This document shows, piece by piece, positions 1 to 11,351 of a stretch of 64,000 bases of DNA (its first letter is position 1; the number at the start of each line of letters is the position of its first letter). The stretch is taken from contig DAHXMJ010000057.1 in assembly GCA_027365525.1 (NCBI GenBank), positions 9,730 to 73,729 of the forward strand, written 5' to 3'. The notes under the pieces are model-generated. The model did no database searches. It was given only the letters and a program-made list of their open reading frames with translations, and had not been told where the DNA came from. The position numbers and the translations under genes are program-made. This stretch comes from Acidithiobacillus sp. Its GTDB lineage: Bacteria; Pseudomonadota; Gammaproteobacteria; Acidithiobacillales; Acidithiobacillaceae.

Positions 1-599
1 TCCCCATCCAGTACCCGAAGCGCCAGATGGGGCGCAAAATCTATGGTGGCCAGAGTACTCACATGCCCCTGAAGGTGAACATGTCGGGAGTGATTCCGCC
101 AATATTTGCTTCCAGTATCATTTTGCTTCCCGCCACGCTGTCTGGGTGGTTTTCCAATGTGCCAGGAATGGAGTGGCTTGCTCGTATTGGTCAGGCACTG
201 AGCCCGGGTTCAGTTCTCTATGTTGTCGTATTTACAACCGCGATTGTGTTCTTTGCATTTTTTTACACGGCAATGGTGTTCGATCCCCGCGAGACAGCAG
301 ATAATCTTAAAAAATCTGGCGCATTTGTTCCCGGACTGAGGCCTGGCGAGCAGACTGCAAAATACATGGATCGTGTTCTTAGCCGGCTGACGCTCTGGGG
401 TGCCATTTACTTGACCCTTGTCTGCCTCCTGCCAGAATTTCTGATCGTCGAATACAATGTTCCGTTTTATTTTGGCGGCACAAGTCTTTTGATCGTGGTT
501 GTTGTGATGATGGATCTGATGGCCCAGATCCAGAGCTATCTTCTTACAAACCAGTATGAAGGGTTGCTGCGCAGGGGACCCCAGGGGCAGAGGCGATGA
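1..599 (+). CDS. secY: Preprotein translocase SecY (5'-truncated by window edge)
   Basis: [36 protein letters not shown] and [10 protein letters not shown] motifs; the frame is open to the window start. Confidence 0.98.
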   Translation, partial: PIQYPKRQMGRKIYGGQSTHMPLKVNMSGVIPPIFASSIILLPATLSGWFSNVPGMEWLARIGQALSPGSVLYVVVFTTAIVFFAFFYTAMVFDPRETADNLKKSGAFVPGLRPGEQTAKYMDRVLSRLTLWGAIYLTLVCLLPEFLIVEYNVPFYFGGTSLLIVVVVMMDLMAQIQSYLLTNQYEGLLRRGPQGQRR

Positions 600-1261
600 A
601 AGCACCTGGACATATCATTTTTTTGGGTGCGCCTGGGGTTGGTAAGGGTACTCAGGCAAAAATTATTGCCCAGAGGCTGCTATTGCCACACGTCTCTACT
701 GGTGATATGCTCCGCGCCTCTGTAACTTCTGGTTCAGAAGTTGGCCGGAGGGCCCATGCCGTTATGGAGTCTGGTGCTCTGGTCGGTGACGATATCATCC
801 TTGGCATTATTGCGGAGCGCCTCGCCCACAACGATGCGAGTGGCGGAGTAATATTTGACGGATTTCCCCGCACTCTTGTTCAGGCTGAAGGCTTGGACAG
901 GCTGCTCGATAGTGCCGGCAAACTTGGCATCAAGCATGTTCTGCATATTGTCTTGGCCGATGAGGAAATAATTTCCCGGCTTAGTGGGCGCAGAGTGTGC
1001 GAAAAGTGTGGCGCTATCTATCATGTCAATTTTCACCCCTCTATTCGGGAAGGGCTCTGCGACCGGTGTGGAGGCGAGTTGCGCCAGCGTGACGATGACC
1101 GTCCGGAGGTCCTGCGGCGCAGGCTTGCAGTATACAAGTCTGAAACTGCACCACTGGTCTCCTATTATCTGAGCAAGCCCGGATACGCTGAGATAGAAGG
1201 GAGTGGAGATACGGCGGCAGTAAGTGCAAGGATTGCTGCCATACTTGGTCTGGAAGGTTGA
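596..1261 (+). CDS. adk: Adenylate kinase, long zinc-binding LID type
   Basis: [11 protein letters not shown]-loop, STGDMLR, DGFPRT, LID CEKC...CDRC, QRDDD. Confidence 0.97.
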   Translation: MKAPGHIIFLGAPGVGKGTQAKIIAQRLLLPHVSTGDMLRASVTSGSEVGRRAHAVMESGALVGDDIILGIIAERLAHNDASGGVIFDGFPRTLVQAEGLDRLLDSAGKLGIKHVLHIVLADEEIISRLSGRRVCEKCGAIYHVNFHPSIREGLCDRCGGELRQRDDDRPEVLRRRLAVYKSETAPLVSYYLSKPGYAEIEGSGDTAAVSARIAAILGLEG

Positions 1262-1482
1262 TGATGGCGAAGGAAGATACCCTGGAAATGCAGGGAGAAG
1301 TCATCGAGAATTTGCCCAGCGCGACATTTAAGGTGCGTCTGGAGAATGGTTTTGTCGTAAATGCCCATATTTCGGGGAAAATGCGAATGCACTATATCCG
1401 CATTCTTCCCGGTGACAAGGTTACAGTAGAGATGACGCCTTACGATCTCACAAAGGGGCGCATCATTTATCGCGCCAAGTAG
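1261..1482 (+). CDS. infA: Translation initiation factor IF-1
   Basis: [11 protein letters not shown]...[20 protein letters not shown]; start ATG at 1261 or 1264. Confidence 0.98.
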   Translation: MMAKEDTLEMQGEVIENLPSATFKVRLENGFVVNAHISGKMRMHYIRILPGDKVTVEMTPYDLTKGRIIYRAK

Positions 1483-1492
1483 GGAGGCTTAT

Positions 1493-1606
1493 ATGAAAGT
1501 TCGTGCGTCGGTAAAAAAATTATGCAGGAACTGCAAGATTATCCGTCGTAATGGTGTTGTGAGAGTTATCTGCGTTGAGCCTAGGCACAAGCAGCGCCAG
1601 GGCTGA
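1493..1606 (+). CDS. rpmJ: 50S ribosomal protein L36 (missing from the ORF track)
   Basis: Translated by hand: [37 protein letters not shown]; GGAGG RBS upstream. Confidence 0.98.
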   Translation: MKVRASVKKLCRNCKIIRRNGVVRVICVEPRHKQRQG

Positions 1607-1653
1607 GTAATTGGATTCGATAGGTAAGGATTTATATTCCGGAGGAGTTGCGG

Positions 1654-2010
1654 ATGGCCCGCATTGCTGGTGTCAATATTCCCAATAACAAACAGGTAGA
1701 AATTGCCCTGACCTATATATATGGCATAGGCCTGTCCCGCGCTAAGGCGATCCTCGCGGAAGCGGAGGTCTCTGGCAACATCAGGGTCAAGGATATTAGC
1801 GAGGCCGAGCTTGAACGGATACGTACAGGCGTGGGGCGATACCTGGTGGAAGGGGATCTTCGCCGCGAAGTCACCATGAATATCAAGCGACTGATGGATT
1901 TAGGCTGTTACCGTGGCATTCGGCATCGTAGGGGTCTGCCCGTACATGGTCAGCGCACGAAGACTAATGCGAGAACGCGCAAAGGTCCTGCCAAGCCCAT
2001 CAGCCGCTAG
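1654..2010 (+). CDS. rpsM: 30S ribosomal protein S13
   Basis: [10 protein letters not shown]...[23 protein letters not shown]. Confidence 0.99.
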   Translation: MARIAGVNIPNNKQVEIALTYIYGIGLSRAKAILAEAEVSGNIRVKDISEAELERIRTGVGRYLVEGDLRREVTMNIKRLMDLGCYRGIRHRRGLPVHGQRTKTNARTRKGPAKPISR

Positions 2011-2027
2011 AGTCGAGGATAATTATC

Positions 2028-2426
2028 ATGGCGAAGCCACAAAGCAGCAATGTACGTGTAAGAAAAAAAGTCAAAAAAAATGTTCTGGACGGTGTAGCGC
2101 ATATATATGCCTCTTTTAACAATACCATCATCACGATTAGTGACCGGCAAGGCAATGCTCTTGCATGGGCCAGTGCTGGTGGCTCCGGTTTTCGGGGTTC
2201 CAGGAAAAGCACACCTTTTGCCGCACAGGTAGCAGCAGAAAATGCTGGCAGGAAAGCGCAAGAATATGGTGTGAAAAATCTAGATGTAGAGGTCAGCGGA
2301 CCTGGGCCTGGACGCGAAAGCACGGTGAGGGCTTTGCACACTGTCGGGTTCCGGATTACCAGCATTCGTGATGTTACCCCAATTCCGCATAATGGATGCC
2401 GTCCACCGAAAAAGCGGCGCGTTTGA
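2028..2426 (+). CDS. rpsK: 30S ribosomal protein S11
   Basis: [33 protein letters not shown]. Confidence 0.99.
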   Translation: MAKPQSSNVRVRKKVKKNVLDGVAHIYASFNNTIITISDRQGNALAWASAGGSGFRGSRKSTPFAAQVAAENAGRKAQEYGVKNLDVEVSGPGPGRESTVRALHTVGFRITSIRDVTPIPHNGCRPPKKRRV

Positions 2427-2443
2427 TTTTCTGGAGGTTTTCT

Positions 2444-3070
2444 GTGGCTAAATATACGGGACCCAGCTGCCGGCTTTGTCGGCGGGAAGGTGGAAAGCTT
2501 TTCCTGAAAGGGGAGAAATGTTTTTCTGACAAATGCCCTGTGAGCATACGCGCCTATGCGCCCGGCCAGCATGGCCAGCGCCGTGGGCGTGTAAGCGAAT
2601 ATGGAACCCAGCTGCGCGAAAAACAAAAAATCCGGCGCATTTATGGGGTGTTAGAAGGACAGTTTCGCCGGTATTTTGATGCGGCTAGCCAGAAAAAAGG
2701 GGTCACTGGCGAACTTCTTCTCCGTTTCCTTGAACTGCGTCTGGATAATGTTTCCTACCGGCTTGGATTTGGTTCTTCGCGCGCAGAGGCTCGTCAGGTT
2801 GTCAGGCATGGGCACGTGATGGTCAATGGAAAAAGGGTGGACATCCCTTCCTACCAGGTTCGGACTGGGGACGTGATTGCTGTGACTGGAATGGCACGTG
2901 AGCATGTCCGTATCACTGCGGCAGTCGAAGCAGCTGCAGCGCGGGGTTTTCCTGAGTGGCTGTCCGTAGATGTTCAGAATCTTCAGGGAACGGTCAAATC
3001 CTTGCCAGTACGTGAAGACATGGCACCTGATCTCAACGAACAGGTGGTAGTGGAACTGTACTCCAAGTAA
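2444..3070 (+). CDS. rpsD: 30S ribosomal protein S4
   Basis: GTG start after GGAGG; (M)[40 protein letters not shown]. Confidence 0.98.
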   Translation: MAKYTGPSCRLCRREGGKLFLKGEKCFSDKCPVSIRAYAPGQHGQRRGRVSEYGTQLREKQKIRRIYGVLEGQFRRYFDAASQKKGVTGELLLRFLELRLDNVSYRLGFGSSRAEARQVVRHGHVMVNGKRVDIPSYQVRTGDVIAVTGMAREHVRITAAVEAAAARGFPEWLSVDVQNLQGTVKSLPVREDMAPDLNEQVVVELYSK

Positions 3071-3089
3071 GCCAGAACGGGGATTACTT

Positions 3090-4100
3090 ATGTCTGAAGT
3101 TGGCGAGCTGTTACGTCCTCAGCAGTTTGATGTTGAATCGATATCGCCGCAGCGGGCGCTTATTGCTCTCGGACCCTTGGAACGGGGATTTGGCCATACG
3201 CTGGGCAATGCGCTCAGACGTATCCTCCTGTCTTCGCTGAAAGGTGCTGCGGTAACTGAGGTTGAGATAGAAGGTGTACTTCATGAGTACTCTAGCATTG
3301 AGGGTGTCCAAGAGGATGTTGTGGATATCCTGCTCAACCTCAAGCAACTTGCAATACGGTCGCAGGTGCGGGATGAAGTCCGTGTCACGCTGAAAAAAAA
3401 GGGCCCGGGTGTGGTAACTGGCGGAGATATAATCTCTGAGCACGGGATTGAAGTTGCCAATTCAGAGCAGGTCATTGCTACCCTGACCCGGGATGTAGAA
3501 CTGACCATGCACCTGCGTTTTGATACCGGGCGCGGATATGAAACGGCGGCATCGCGTCGTCAGGATCATGAGAAGCGCATTGGTGTGATGGCGATTGACG
3601 CAAGCTACAGTCCTGTCAGGCGTGTCAGTTTCCAGGTCGAAAGTGCGCGCGTGGAACAGAGAACCTATCTTGACCGGCTGGTTTTGGATGTTGAAACGAA
3701 CGGGACGGTTGATCCGGTCTGGGCTGTGCAGGAGTCAGCCCGGATTTTGCGCCAGCAGCTTGATGTTTTTGTCGGCAAGGATATTTCGCATGTACAGGAG
3801 GCGAGGCATGCCCCAATTGCTGAAGATCTGATGCCGCTGCTTGTGCGCTCTGTGGATGATCTTGAGCTGACAGTGCGTTCTGCCAACTGCCTCAAGGCAG
3901 AAGACATTTTCTATATTGGTGATCTTGTACAGAAAAGCGAATATGAGCTGTTGAAAGCCCCAAATCTCGGACGGAAATCCCTGACAGAAATCAAGGAGAT
4001 CTTGGAGAAGAAAGGACTTTCCCTTGGAATGAGGCTTGAGAACTGGCCACCTGAAAATCTTCCTGTACTCGCAGGTAAAGGTGCTGGTTCACTAGCGTGA
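3090..4100 (+). CDS. rpoA: RNA polymerase subunit alpha
   Basis: [45 protein letters not shown]. Confidence 0.99.
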   Translation: MSEVGELLRPQQFDVESISPQRALIALGPLERGFGHTLGNALRRILLSSLKGAAVTEVEIEGVLHEYSSIEGVQEDVVDILLNLKQLAIRSQVRDEVRVTLKKKGPGVVTGGDIISEHGIEVANSEQVIATLTRDVELTMHLRFDTGRGYETAASRRQDHEKRIGVMAIDASYSPVRRVSFQVESARVEQRTYLDRLVLDVETNGTVDPVWAVQESARILRQQLDVFVGKDISHVQEARHAPIAEDLMPLLVRSVDDLELTVRSANCLKAEDIFYIGDLVQKSEYELLKAPNLGRKSLTEIKEILEKKGLSLGMRLENWPPENLPVLAGKGAGSLA

Positions 4101-4135
4101 TCGTTGTTTGATTTAACAGGCGGGAGAATGACGTT

Positions 4136-4510
4136 ATGCGTCATGGTAATAGCGGAAAAAAATTAAATCGTAATAGTAGCCACCGTAAGGCAATGTTTGC
4201 CAACATGATGGTTTCTCTTTTTCAGCATGAGCGTATAGTAACGACGCTACCGAAGGCCAAGGAACTCCGCCGGTTTGCCGAACCCATGATTTCCTTGGCA
4301 AAAGAGGCAACTGTCGCGAAGCGTCGTCTGGCTTTTTCCCGCCTTCGGGACCGGGATGCTGTTGTAAAGCTCTTTGATGATCTTGGACCGCACTATCAGG
4401 CCCGTCCAGGTGGTTACCTGAGGATCGTCAAATACGGTTTCAGGGCAGGAGACAATGCACCTTTGGCAATTGTGGAACTGGTAGGACGAGAAGAAAAGAA
4501 GCCCGCATAG
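4136..4510 (+). CDS. rplQ: 50S ribosomal protein L17
   Basis: [38 protein letters not shown]. Confidence 0.99.
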   Translation: MRHGNSGKKLNRNSSHRKAMFANMMVSLFQHERIVTTLPKAKELRRFAEPMISLAKEATVAKRRLAFSRLRDRDAVVKLFDDLGPHYQARPGGYLRIVKYGFRAGDNAPLAIVELVGREEKKPA

Positions 4511-4532
4511 CTCCATTTTGTTGCAGATCTGG

Positions 4533-4563
4533 GCTGCCCGGTGCTTCATCGGGCAGCTTTTTT
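4533..4563 (+). terminator. Intrinsic terminator of the alpha operon
   Basis: GCTGCCCGGTG-ctt-CATCGGGCAGC hairpin followed by a T6 tract, between convergent rplQ and uvrA. Confidence 0.8.
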
Positions 4564-4571
4564 CAGACAGT

Positions 4572-7355
4572 CTATTTCTGGCGCTGATTTTTTACGTGCT
4601 TGGTCAGATAGAGTCCGGTATGGGAATGTGGACTGGCCATGATATCTTCCGGCGTTCCTGAAGCTACAACGCTTCCACCCCCTTCCCCTCCCTCCGGACC
4701 CAGATCCACTATCCAGTCCGCTGTTTTAATTACATCCAGGTTGTGTTCGATGACGATAACAGTGTTGCCAGCATCGACCAGTTGCTGCAGCACCCTGAGT
4801 AGCATCGCGATGTCGTGGAAATGAAGTCCAGTCGTGGGTTCGTCCAGAATATACAAGGTTTTCCCGGTATCCCGTCTGGACAGTTCACGGGCAAGTTTGA
4901 CACGCTGGGCCTCTCCGCCTGAAAGAGTAGTTGCAGCTTGTCCTAGGTGGATGTAGCCCAATCCGACATCAAGGAGAGTTTGCAGCTTGCGGGCTACTGG
5001 TGGGACTGCGTCAAAAAACTCTCTTGCCTCTTCTACGGTCATTTCAAGAACTTCGTGGATCGTTTTTCCCTTGTAGCGGATTTCCAGCGTTTCCCGCTTG
5101 TAGCGCTGCCCACGACAAACATCACAGGTAACATACACGTCGGGGAGAAAATGCATCTCAACACGGATCACTCCCTCACCTTCACAGGTCTCGCAGCGTC
5201 CGCCACGTACGTTGAAACTGAATCTTCCTGGCCCATAACCCCTGGCGCGGGATTCTGCTGTACCGGAAAAAAGCTCACGGATGGTGGTAAATAGCCCGGT
5301 GTATGTGGCTGGATTGCTGCGAGGTGTTCTCCCAATCGGACTCTGGTCGATGGAGATGATTTTGTCCAGATGCTCGAGGCCGTGGAGGGCTGCGTACGGT
5401 GCCGGGGTTGCTTGGGCATGCATGAGATGCCGTGCGCAGGCAGGATACAGGGTATCATTGATCAGGGTAGATTTTCCGGATCCGCTCACACCGGTTATGC
5501 AGGTAAACAGTCCAATCGGTATGCTGAGATCGACCCCTTTCAGGTTGTTCCCTGTTGCTCCGTAGAGCAGCAAGTGGGATTGAAAGTCAGGGAGCCGGCG
5601 CCTTTCGGGGATCGCAATGCAAAGGTCTCCGCGCAGATACCTGCCGGTCAAGGAGGTAGGATGAGCCTCGATGACAGCGGGATGGCCTTGTGCGACCACT
5701 TCTCCTCCATGCACGCCAGCAGCCGGGCCCATGTCTACGACGTGGTCAGCCGCCCGAATGGCATCCTCATCATGTTCAACGACGATAACGGTATTGCCGA
5801 GGTCCCGGAGACGGACCAGTGTCTGTATGAGGCGGTCGTTATCCCGCTGGTGCAGGCCGATTGAGGGTTCATCAAGAACATACATCACGCCGACAAGGCC
5901 AGCACCGATTTGCGATGCCAGACGGATCCGCTGGGATTCTCCACCAGAAAGGGTTTCAGCAGCGCGATCCAGTGCAAGATATTGCAGACCTACATCTAGC
6001 AGAAACTGTAGGCGGCTGGCAATTTCCCGCAGAATGCGTTCAGAGATGACGGCATCTTTCCCCTGCAGATTTAGGGCCAGAAAATGTTTTCTGGCCTCAA
6101 TGATGGAAAGGGAGGAGACCTCATGGATGGCAAGATTCCCCAATCGAACCATTCTGGCTTCTTCCCGTAAACGACTTCCGTGACAGGTGGGACAGGCCAG
6201 CTTTCCCATGTAGCGGAAAATTTCTTCACGAATTAGGCTGGACTGTGTTTCCCGCAGACGCCGCTCTAGGGTGGGTATGACCCCTTCAAACTGGGCTGGA
6301 GCCGTATCTTTCAGACCGTGGAGAATGGCCTGCTGTACCGTGGGTGGCAGCGACTGCCATGGGGTATCCATTGAAAAGTCCAGATGAAGGGCGAGGCGGG
6401 CCAAGAGCGAGCCATACTGGTCGCGCTGATGCTGCTGCCACGGCGCAAGCGCACCATCTGCTAGACTGAGCTGGGGGTTGGGAACAATAAGACCGGGATC
6501 GAAAAAGGTGATCTCCCCTAGACCATCACATTTTGGGCATGCGCCTGCAGGATTGTTGAAGGAAAAAAGCCGTGGTTCCAGGAGGGGAAAAGAGCGACCA
6601 CAATGGTTACAGGCATGCCGGGCTGAGAACAGCTGTTCCTGTTCCAGATCCAGCCGTGCCACGACAGCCTGGCCGTCCGCAATATTCAGCGCGGATTCCA
6701 TTGATTCTGCCAGTCTGCTCTGGATATCCGGCCGCAAAACGAGCCGGTCAACTACTGCTTCAATGCGATGCTTGCGCTTTGGATCCAGGGCCGGAATGGT
6801 ATCCAGTTCCAGCATCTCTCCGTCTACGCGGGCTCGAACCAGGCCACGGGCGCGCAATCCCTGGAAAATTTCTTCATGACTCCCTTTCCTGTCACGGACA
6901 ACCGGAGCAAGCATTATGATGCGCTCGCCATCTGGCCAGGCCAGGATGCTGTCAACCATCTGGCTGATACTCTGGCTCTGGATGGGCTCGCCGCAGCACC
7001 AGGGGACGCCGACCCGGGCATAGAGCAGACGAAGATAGTCATGGATTTCGGTGACGGTACCCACAGTAGAACGCGGATTGTGGGAGGTGGATTTCTGCTC
7101 AATGGCAATGGCGGGCGACAGGCCTTCGATGGCGTCCACGTCGGGTTTTCCCATCAGCGACAAAAACTGGCGGGCATAAGCCGAAAGGCTTTCTACATAG
7201 CGCCGCTGTCCTTCGGCATATAGGGTGTCAAAGGCCAAAGAAGATTTTCCGGATCCTGAGAGACCTGTAATGACAATAAACCGGTCACGGGGGATGCGGA
7301 GCGAGATGTTCTTGAGGTTATGGGTACGGGCCCCACGAATCTCGATGTGGTCCAT
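4572..7355 (-). CDS. uvrA: Excinuclease ABC subunit A
   Basis: Two ABC domains ([18 protein letters not shown]), LSGGE signatures and zinc fingers; start placed at [16 protein letters not shown]. Confidence 0.99.
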   Translation of the reverse strand: MDHIEIRGARTHNLKNISLRIPRDRFIVITGLSGSGKSSLAFDTLYAEGQRRYVESLSAYARQFLSLMGKPDVDAIEGLSPAIAIEQKSTSHNPRSTVGTVTEIHDYLRLLYARVGVPWCCGEPIQSQSISQMVDSILAWPDGERIIMLAPVVRDRKGSHEEIFQGLRARGLVRARVDGEMLELDTIPALDPKRKHRIEAVVDRLVLRPDIQSRLAESMESALNIADGQAVVARLDLEQEQLFSARHACNHCGRSFPLLEPRLFSFNNPAGACPKCDGLGEITFFDPGLIVPNPQLSLADGALAPWQQHQRDQYGSLLARLALHLDFSMDTPWQSLPPTVQQAILHGLKDTAPAQFEGVIPTLERRLRETQSSLIREEIFRYMGKLACPTCHGSRLREEARMVRLGNLAIHEVSSLSIIEARKHFLALNLQGKDAVISERILREIASRLQFLLDVGLQYLALDRAAETLSGGESQRIRLASQIGAGLVGVMYVLDEPSIGLHQRDNDRLIQTLVRLRDLGNTVIVVEHDEDAIRAADHVVDMGPAAGVHGGEVVAQGHPAVIEAHPTSLTGRYLRGDLCIAIPERRRLPDFQSHLLLYGATGNNLKGVDLSIPIGLFTCITGVSGSGKSTLINDTLYPACARHLMHAQATPAPYAALHGLEHLDKIISIDQSPIGRTPRSNPATYTGLFTTIRELFSGTAESRARGYGPGRFSFNVRGGRCETCEGEGVIRVEMHFLPDVYVTCDVCRGQRYKRETLEIRYKGKTIHEVLEMTVEEAREFFDAVPPVARKLQTLLDVGLGYIHLGQAATTLSGGEAQRVKLARELSRRDTGKTLYILDEPTTGLHFHDIAMLLRVLQQLVDAGNTVIVIEHNLDVIKTADWIVDLGPEGGEGGGSVVASGTPEDIMASPHSHTGLYLTKHVKNQRQK

Positions 7356-7439
7356 GGAGTTTGCTTCAGCTGCCAAGAGAATGGGGTATTATAGGGACTA
7401 ATGGGACTTTCGTCCCCTAGCTTGAAAGGAGTCATATCC

Positions 7440-7910
7440 ATGGCGGGAGTCAATCGGGTGATTTTGCTGGGTCATCTCGGGCGGGATCCGGAAGTTCGCT
7501 ATCAGCCCAACGGCGGAGCAATTGCCACTCTCAATCTGGCTACATCGGAAGCTTACAAGGATCGCGAGGGAAACCGGCAGGAGCGTACCGAATGGCACAG
7601 GGTAGTTTTTTTTGGACGCCCGGCAGAGATCGCTGGAGAATATCTCCGTAAGGGCAGTATGGCCTATGTGGAGGGGCGCCTGCAGACACGAAAATGGAAC
7701 GACAAGGAAGGCCAGGAGCGCTATACCACGGAGATTGTGGGAGACCGTCTGCAGTTGGTTGGACCGCGTGGTGCTAGTGGCGGTTCTTCTGGCTTTGAAG
7801 AAGAAACGGCGGTGCAGCGGGGCCCAGCAGGCGGCGGCGGGGGAGGAAGCCCACGGGGCTCCGCGCCGGTACCACCCATGGAAGATTTTGATGATGACAT
7901 TCCGTTCTGA
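7440..7910 (+). CDS. ssb: Single-stranded DNA-binding protein
   Basis: [25 protein letters not shown], acidic tail DFDDDIPF; divergent from uvrA. Confidence 0.99.
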   Translation: MAGVNRVILLGHLGRDPEVRYQPNGGAIATLNLATSEAYKDREGNRQERTEWHRVVFFGRPAEIAGEYLRKGSMAYVEGRLQTRKWNDKEGQERYTTEIVGDRLQLVGPRGASGGSSGFEEETAVQRGPAGGGGGGSPRGSAPVPPMEDFDDDIPF

Positions 7911-8167
7911 GGTGTATGCAATCACAGGGCAGCATCCTGATTTGGGTTTTTCCAGAACCGTATCCCCGGGGAAGAGCATATCCCGGTGCATATGCTGCAC
8001 ATGGGCAATGCTAGACGGAAGAGTACAGCCCCGGGAAAGCTATTGTGGATCTCTTTCTCTGTGAGCTCTGCTAGAGATGCAGCTTTGATTCTTGGCGTGG
8101 ACCTAGGTATCGGTAGAGGTGTCTCTTTGGAAGCTGAAAAAGGTGGTGTACGTCCAGCGGGCTTTTT

Positions 8168-9556
8168 TTATCCCCCAAATGTTGCGTTGACCGCATCAGA
8201 CAGGGAGTGGCAAGGCAGGAGACGAAATCCTGGGGAAGGGGAAAGGGGACTATCTTCGGAATAGGGAAAAATGGCATGCCGGAAACCCAGCTTGCATGCT
8301 TCCCGAAGGCGGTTCTCGGTGCCGGTAACCGGGCGCACCTCCCCAGCAAGTCCCAGTTCTCCAAATGCGATAAAGTCCCTGCTGTCTAGAGGCTGGTTGC
8401 GGAAAGCACTCAGTACTGCCAGTGCAACAGCCAGATCACTGGCCGGTTCCATTACTCTTACACCTCCAGCAATGTTGACAAAGACATCCTGGTCAAAAAG
8501 GAAGCTTCCTCCGTGGCGGTGGAGGATGGCAAGAAGGAGTGACAGCCGGTTTGGATCCATGCCAATGGCAACCCGTCGTGGATTGGCCAGTGGACTCGGA
8601 GTGACAAGTGCCTGGACTTCCACAAGCAGGGTTCTGGTGCCTTCCAGTGTTGGCAGGACGACACTGCCCGCTACCGGATGGCGGTGCTGTGACAGAAAGA
8701 GCTGGGATGGATTTTCTACCTCATGGAGACCTCCCTCGCGCATCTCGAAAACGCCGAGTTCGTTGGCCGCTCCGAACCGGTTTTTGATGGCCCGGATAAT
8801 ACGGTAAGGACTGCCTGCTTCGCCTTCGAAATACAGTACAGTGTCTACCATATGTTCCAGGACGCGTGGTCCGGCAATTCCGCCCTCTTTGGTGACATGT
8901 CCGACCAACCAGACACTGGTCTCATGGGTTTTTGCATAACGCACAAGGCGCGCCGCGCATTCACGGATCTGGGCGACTGAACCGGGTGCTGACTGGAGGG
9001 TTTCGCTATACAGGGTCTGGATGGAATCAATGAGGATGATGTTGGGCGAGGTCTGTACCAGGAAGCTCTCGATGCTCTCCCAGTGGTTTTCAGCCATGAT
9101 CTGAATATTCCTGCTGTCACTCCCCAGCCTTTTTGCCCTCATGGCCACCTGGGCGCTGGATTCTTCGCCTGTCACGTACAGAATATTTGCGTTCGCGTGC
9201 TTTGCAAGCCCATCCGCCGCCTGCAACAGCAGGGTGGATTTTCCAATCCCGGGTTCTCCCCCCAGCAAAATTGCTGCGCCTGGCACAAGGCCACCTCCCA
9301 GAACCCTGTCCAGCTCTCCAAGACCGCTTGACGTCCTCAGCACAGCTTCCATGGAAATTTCGTCCAGATGCTGGGGAGGGCTGGGAGTAGCATAGGCAGA
9401 ATTTCCACTATGCCGGCCGTGAGATTTCCCTCCCCCTCCTACCCTCCTTTCTTCAACGAAGCTGTTCCAGGCACCACAGTCGGGACACTGTCCTAGCCAT
9501 TTGTGACTTGAGGATCCGCAGGACTGGCAGACGTAGAAGGGCTTTTCACGGCTCAT
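8168..9556 (-). CDS. radA: DNA repair protein RadA/Sms
   Basis: C4 zinc finger, GEPGIGKST, KNRFG motif, Lon-like C-terminal domain. Confidence 0.99.
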   Translation of the reverse strand: MSREKPFYVCQSCGSSSHKWLGQCPDCGAWNSFVEERRVGGGGKSHGRHSGNSAYATPSPPQHLDEISMEAVLRTSSGLGELDRVLGGGLVPGAAILLGGEPGIGKSTLLLQAADGLAKHANANILYVTGEESSAQVAMRAKRLGSDSRNIQIMAENHWESIESFLVQTSPNIILIDSIQTLYSETLQSAPGSVAQIRECAARLVRYAKTHETSVWLVGHVTKEGGIAGPRVLEHMVDTVLYFEGEAGSPYRIIRAIKNRFGAANELGVFEMREGGLHEVENPSQLFLSQHRHPVAGSVVLPTLEGTRTLLVEVQALVTPSPLANPRRVAIGMDPNRLSLLLAILHRHGGSFLFDQDVFVNIAGGVRVMEPASDLAVALAVLSAFRNQPLDSRDFIAFGELGLAGEVRPVTGTENRLREACKLGFRHAIFPYSEDSPLSPSPGFRLLPCHSLSDAVNATFGG

Positions 9557-10656
9557 GGGCAGACTATCCGTGGCACACGGGTGGCAATACGTGTACCTAT
9601 CTCGTAGGGAATTGTGTCAAGGGAGATGGCAATTTTCTCTAGAGGCAGTTTTCCGCCTCCCATAAGCAGCACGGTATCTCCGTACTGCGCACCAGAATGC
9701 GTAAGATCTGCAAAGCACAAATCCATGCTGATCCTGCCGAGTGTACGGCTAGGCTGGCCATTGACGAGTATGGGGGCGCCATTTCCCATCCGGCGGTCGT
9801 ATCCATCACCATAGCCACAGGCGACAATGCCAACCCGGCTGAATTCCTTGGCCAGCCATGCAGATCCATACCCCAGCCAGCTCCCGGCCGGAAGCTCCCG
9901 GATGGAGATTATCCGGCTTTGCCATGTCAGGACGGGAAGGAGATCCAGTGCACTTCCGGATTGTGAAATGAAGGGAGAAAGGCCATAGAGCATCAGCCCA
10001 GGCCGTATCCAGAAAGTTCTGGAATGTGGCAGGGAAAGGATTGCTCCCGAATTCGGCAGGGAGTGCTCCCCCAGTGTGTAGTGTCCAAATTCCTGGACGA
10101 CCTTCTGGAACAGGTTGATTTGGTGGGCATTATAGGGATCTTCTGGCGTGTCACTCCGGGCAAGATGGCTCAGCAGGCCCAGAATGCGCAGGGATAATCG
10201 GTTTCCGGTTCCGTGCAGCTGGTCGAATACGCCCGGCAGTTCTTCAGGAGAGAAGCCCAGGCGATGCATTCCAGAATCAACTTTCAGAAAAATTTCCAAA
10301 GGAGAAGACAGTGCAGTGTTCCGGATCCAGAAAAGCTGTTCCTGGTTGTGGACAACCAGCCGGTGTCCATGCGCTGCGGCAAGAGCAATTTCTTCAGAAG
10401 AAAATGCTCCAGCAAGGACCGTACACGATGGCCGGAGACCTAACCCATGAATTTCTTCGGCTTCCTCAATGCTGGCAACGGCAAAGCCATCTACACCTGC
10501 GGCTGCAAGTACACCAGCACACTGTTTTGCCCCGTGTCCGTAGGCATTGGCCTTTATGGCTGCCATGACGCGGCTTCCCGGCATGAGGGCTCGCACCTGG
10601 GCCAGGTTGTGCTGCAGCGCGCAGGAAGAAATCAGCGCATGATTGGGTCGGGACAT
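9553..10656 (-). CDS. alr: Alanine racemase
   Basis: IKANAYGHG PLP lysine motif, KVDSGMHRLG, GYGDG, GRISMD; start placed at MSRPNHA. Confidence 0.97.
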   Translation of the reverse strand: MSRPNHALISSCALQHNLAQVRALMPGSRVMAAIKANAYGHGAKQCAGVLAAAGVDGFAVASIEEAEEIHGLGLRPSCTVLAGAFSSEEIALAAAHGHRLVVHNQEQLFWIRNTALSSPLEIFLKVDSGMHRLGFSPEELPGVFDQLHGTGNRLSLRILGLLSHLARSDTPEDPYNAHQINLFQKVVQEFGHYTLGEHSLPNSGAILSLPHSRTFWIRPGLMLYGLSPFISQSGSALDLLPVLTWQSRIISIRELPAGSWLGYGSAWLAKEFSRVGIVACGYGDGYDRRMGNGAPILVNGQPSRTLGRISMDLCFADLTHSGAQYGDTVLLMGGGKLPLEKIAISLDTIPYEIGTRIATRVPRIVCP

Positions 10657-11351
10657 AAGCGCATGATAGCAGAGCCTCCCCGCATAAACAGAATTCCCGC
10701 GGGACAAATCTGGAAATCCTTTCATCCATGCCTAAGGACTGGGAGACGGCCGGATGTTTCCCGGCGCACTAGGGTAGAGCGGAAAACCGGTGTCCACAAA
10801 ACTGGGGGAAATGACGTTCAATTTCTCCTACACCCAGAGAAACGGGCGGAGGAGCAACGTGGCCAAAGCCAATCAGACACCCACTCAGGAGAACGCAGGG
10901 GTCCAGCTGTTCCAGGCATTGGCAAATGCCCAAAAAAAGTGATCTATATGGATTCCGGGCAGGAGCGGGAGCAGAAATCCAAAGTGGAAGTAGGGAGGAA
11001 CTGCCAGTTCAGGTCCGCCACCTGGCCAACCAGCGGCTACCACGGTCTGGCTGTATGCCCACACTTCCAAAATGGCAGGACTAGGCAATGGGTTCCGGAA
11101 AACCTGCCTTCAGCAGGGGATGGGACTGGTAGTGGCCAGAAGAACAGGAATACCCGGGCACATGGATACTGCAGTTCCTATGTTCTCCCACACAGCATTC
11201 CCGTCGGATCTTCCATAAGAAGACTGTTCCTGGAAGTGCTGACAGCCTGTTTTACAAGCTCCATAAACAGGAGTGGCAGACTTCTGAAATCCCTGCCGGG
11301 AGCCGTCCCTGGTATGCTGCGTTCTGTCAGGATTTTTCCTGTTCAGGGCGA

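Noticed and set aside
7356-7439. SOS box between divergent uvrA and ssb
   Set aside because: No CTG-N10-CAG is present; there is only a small GGGAC-TTTC-GTCCC hairpin.
7911-8167. Possible sRNA or small ORF between convergent ssb and radA
   Set aside because: Only short imperfect inverted repeats; no recognisable RNA family or RBS-supported ORF.
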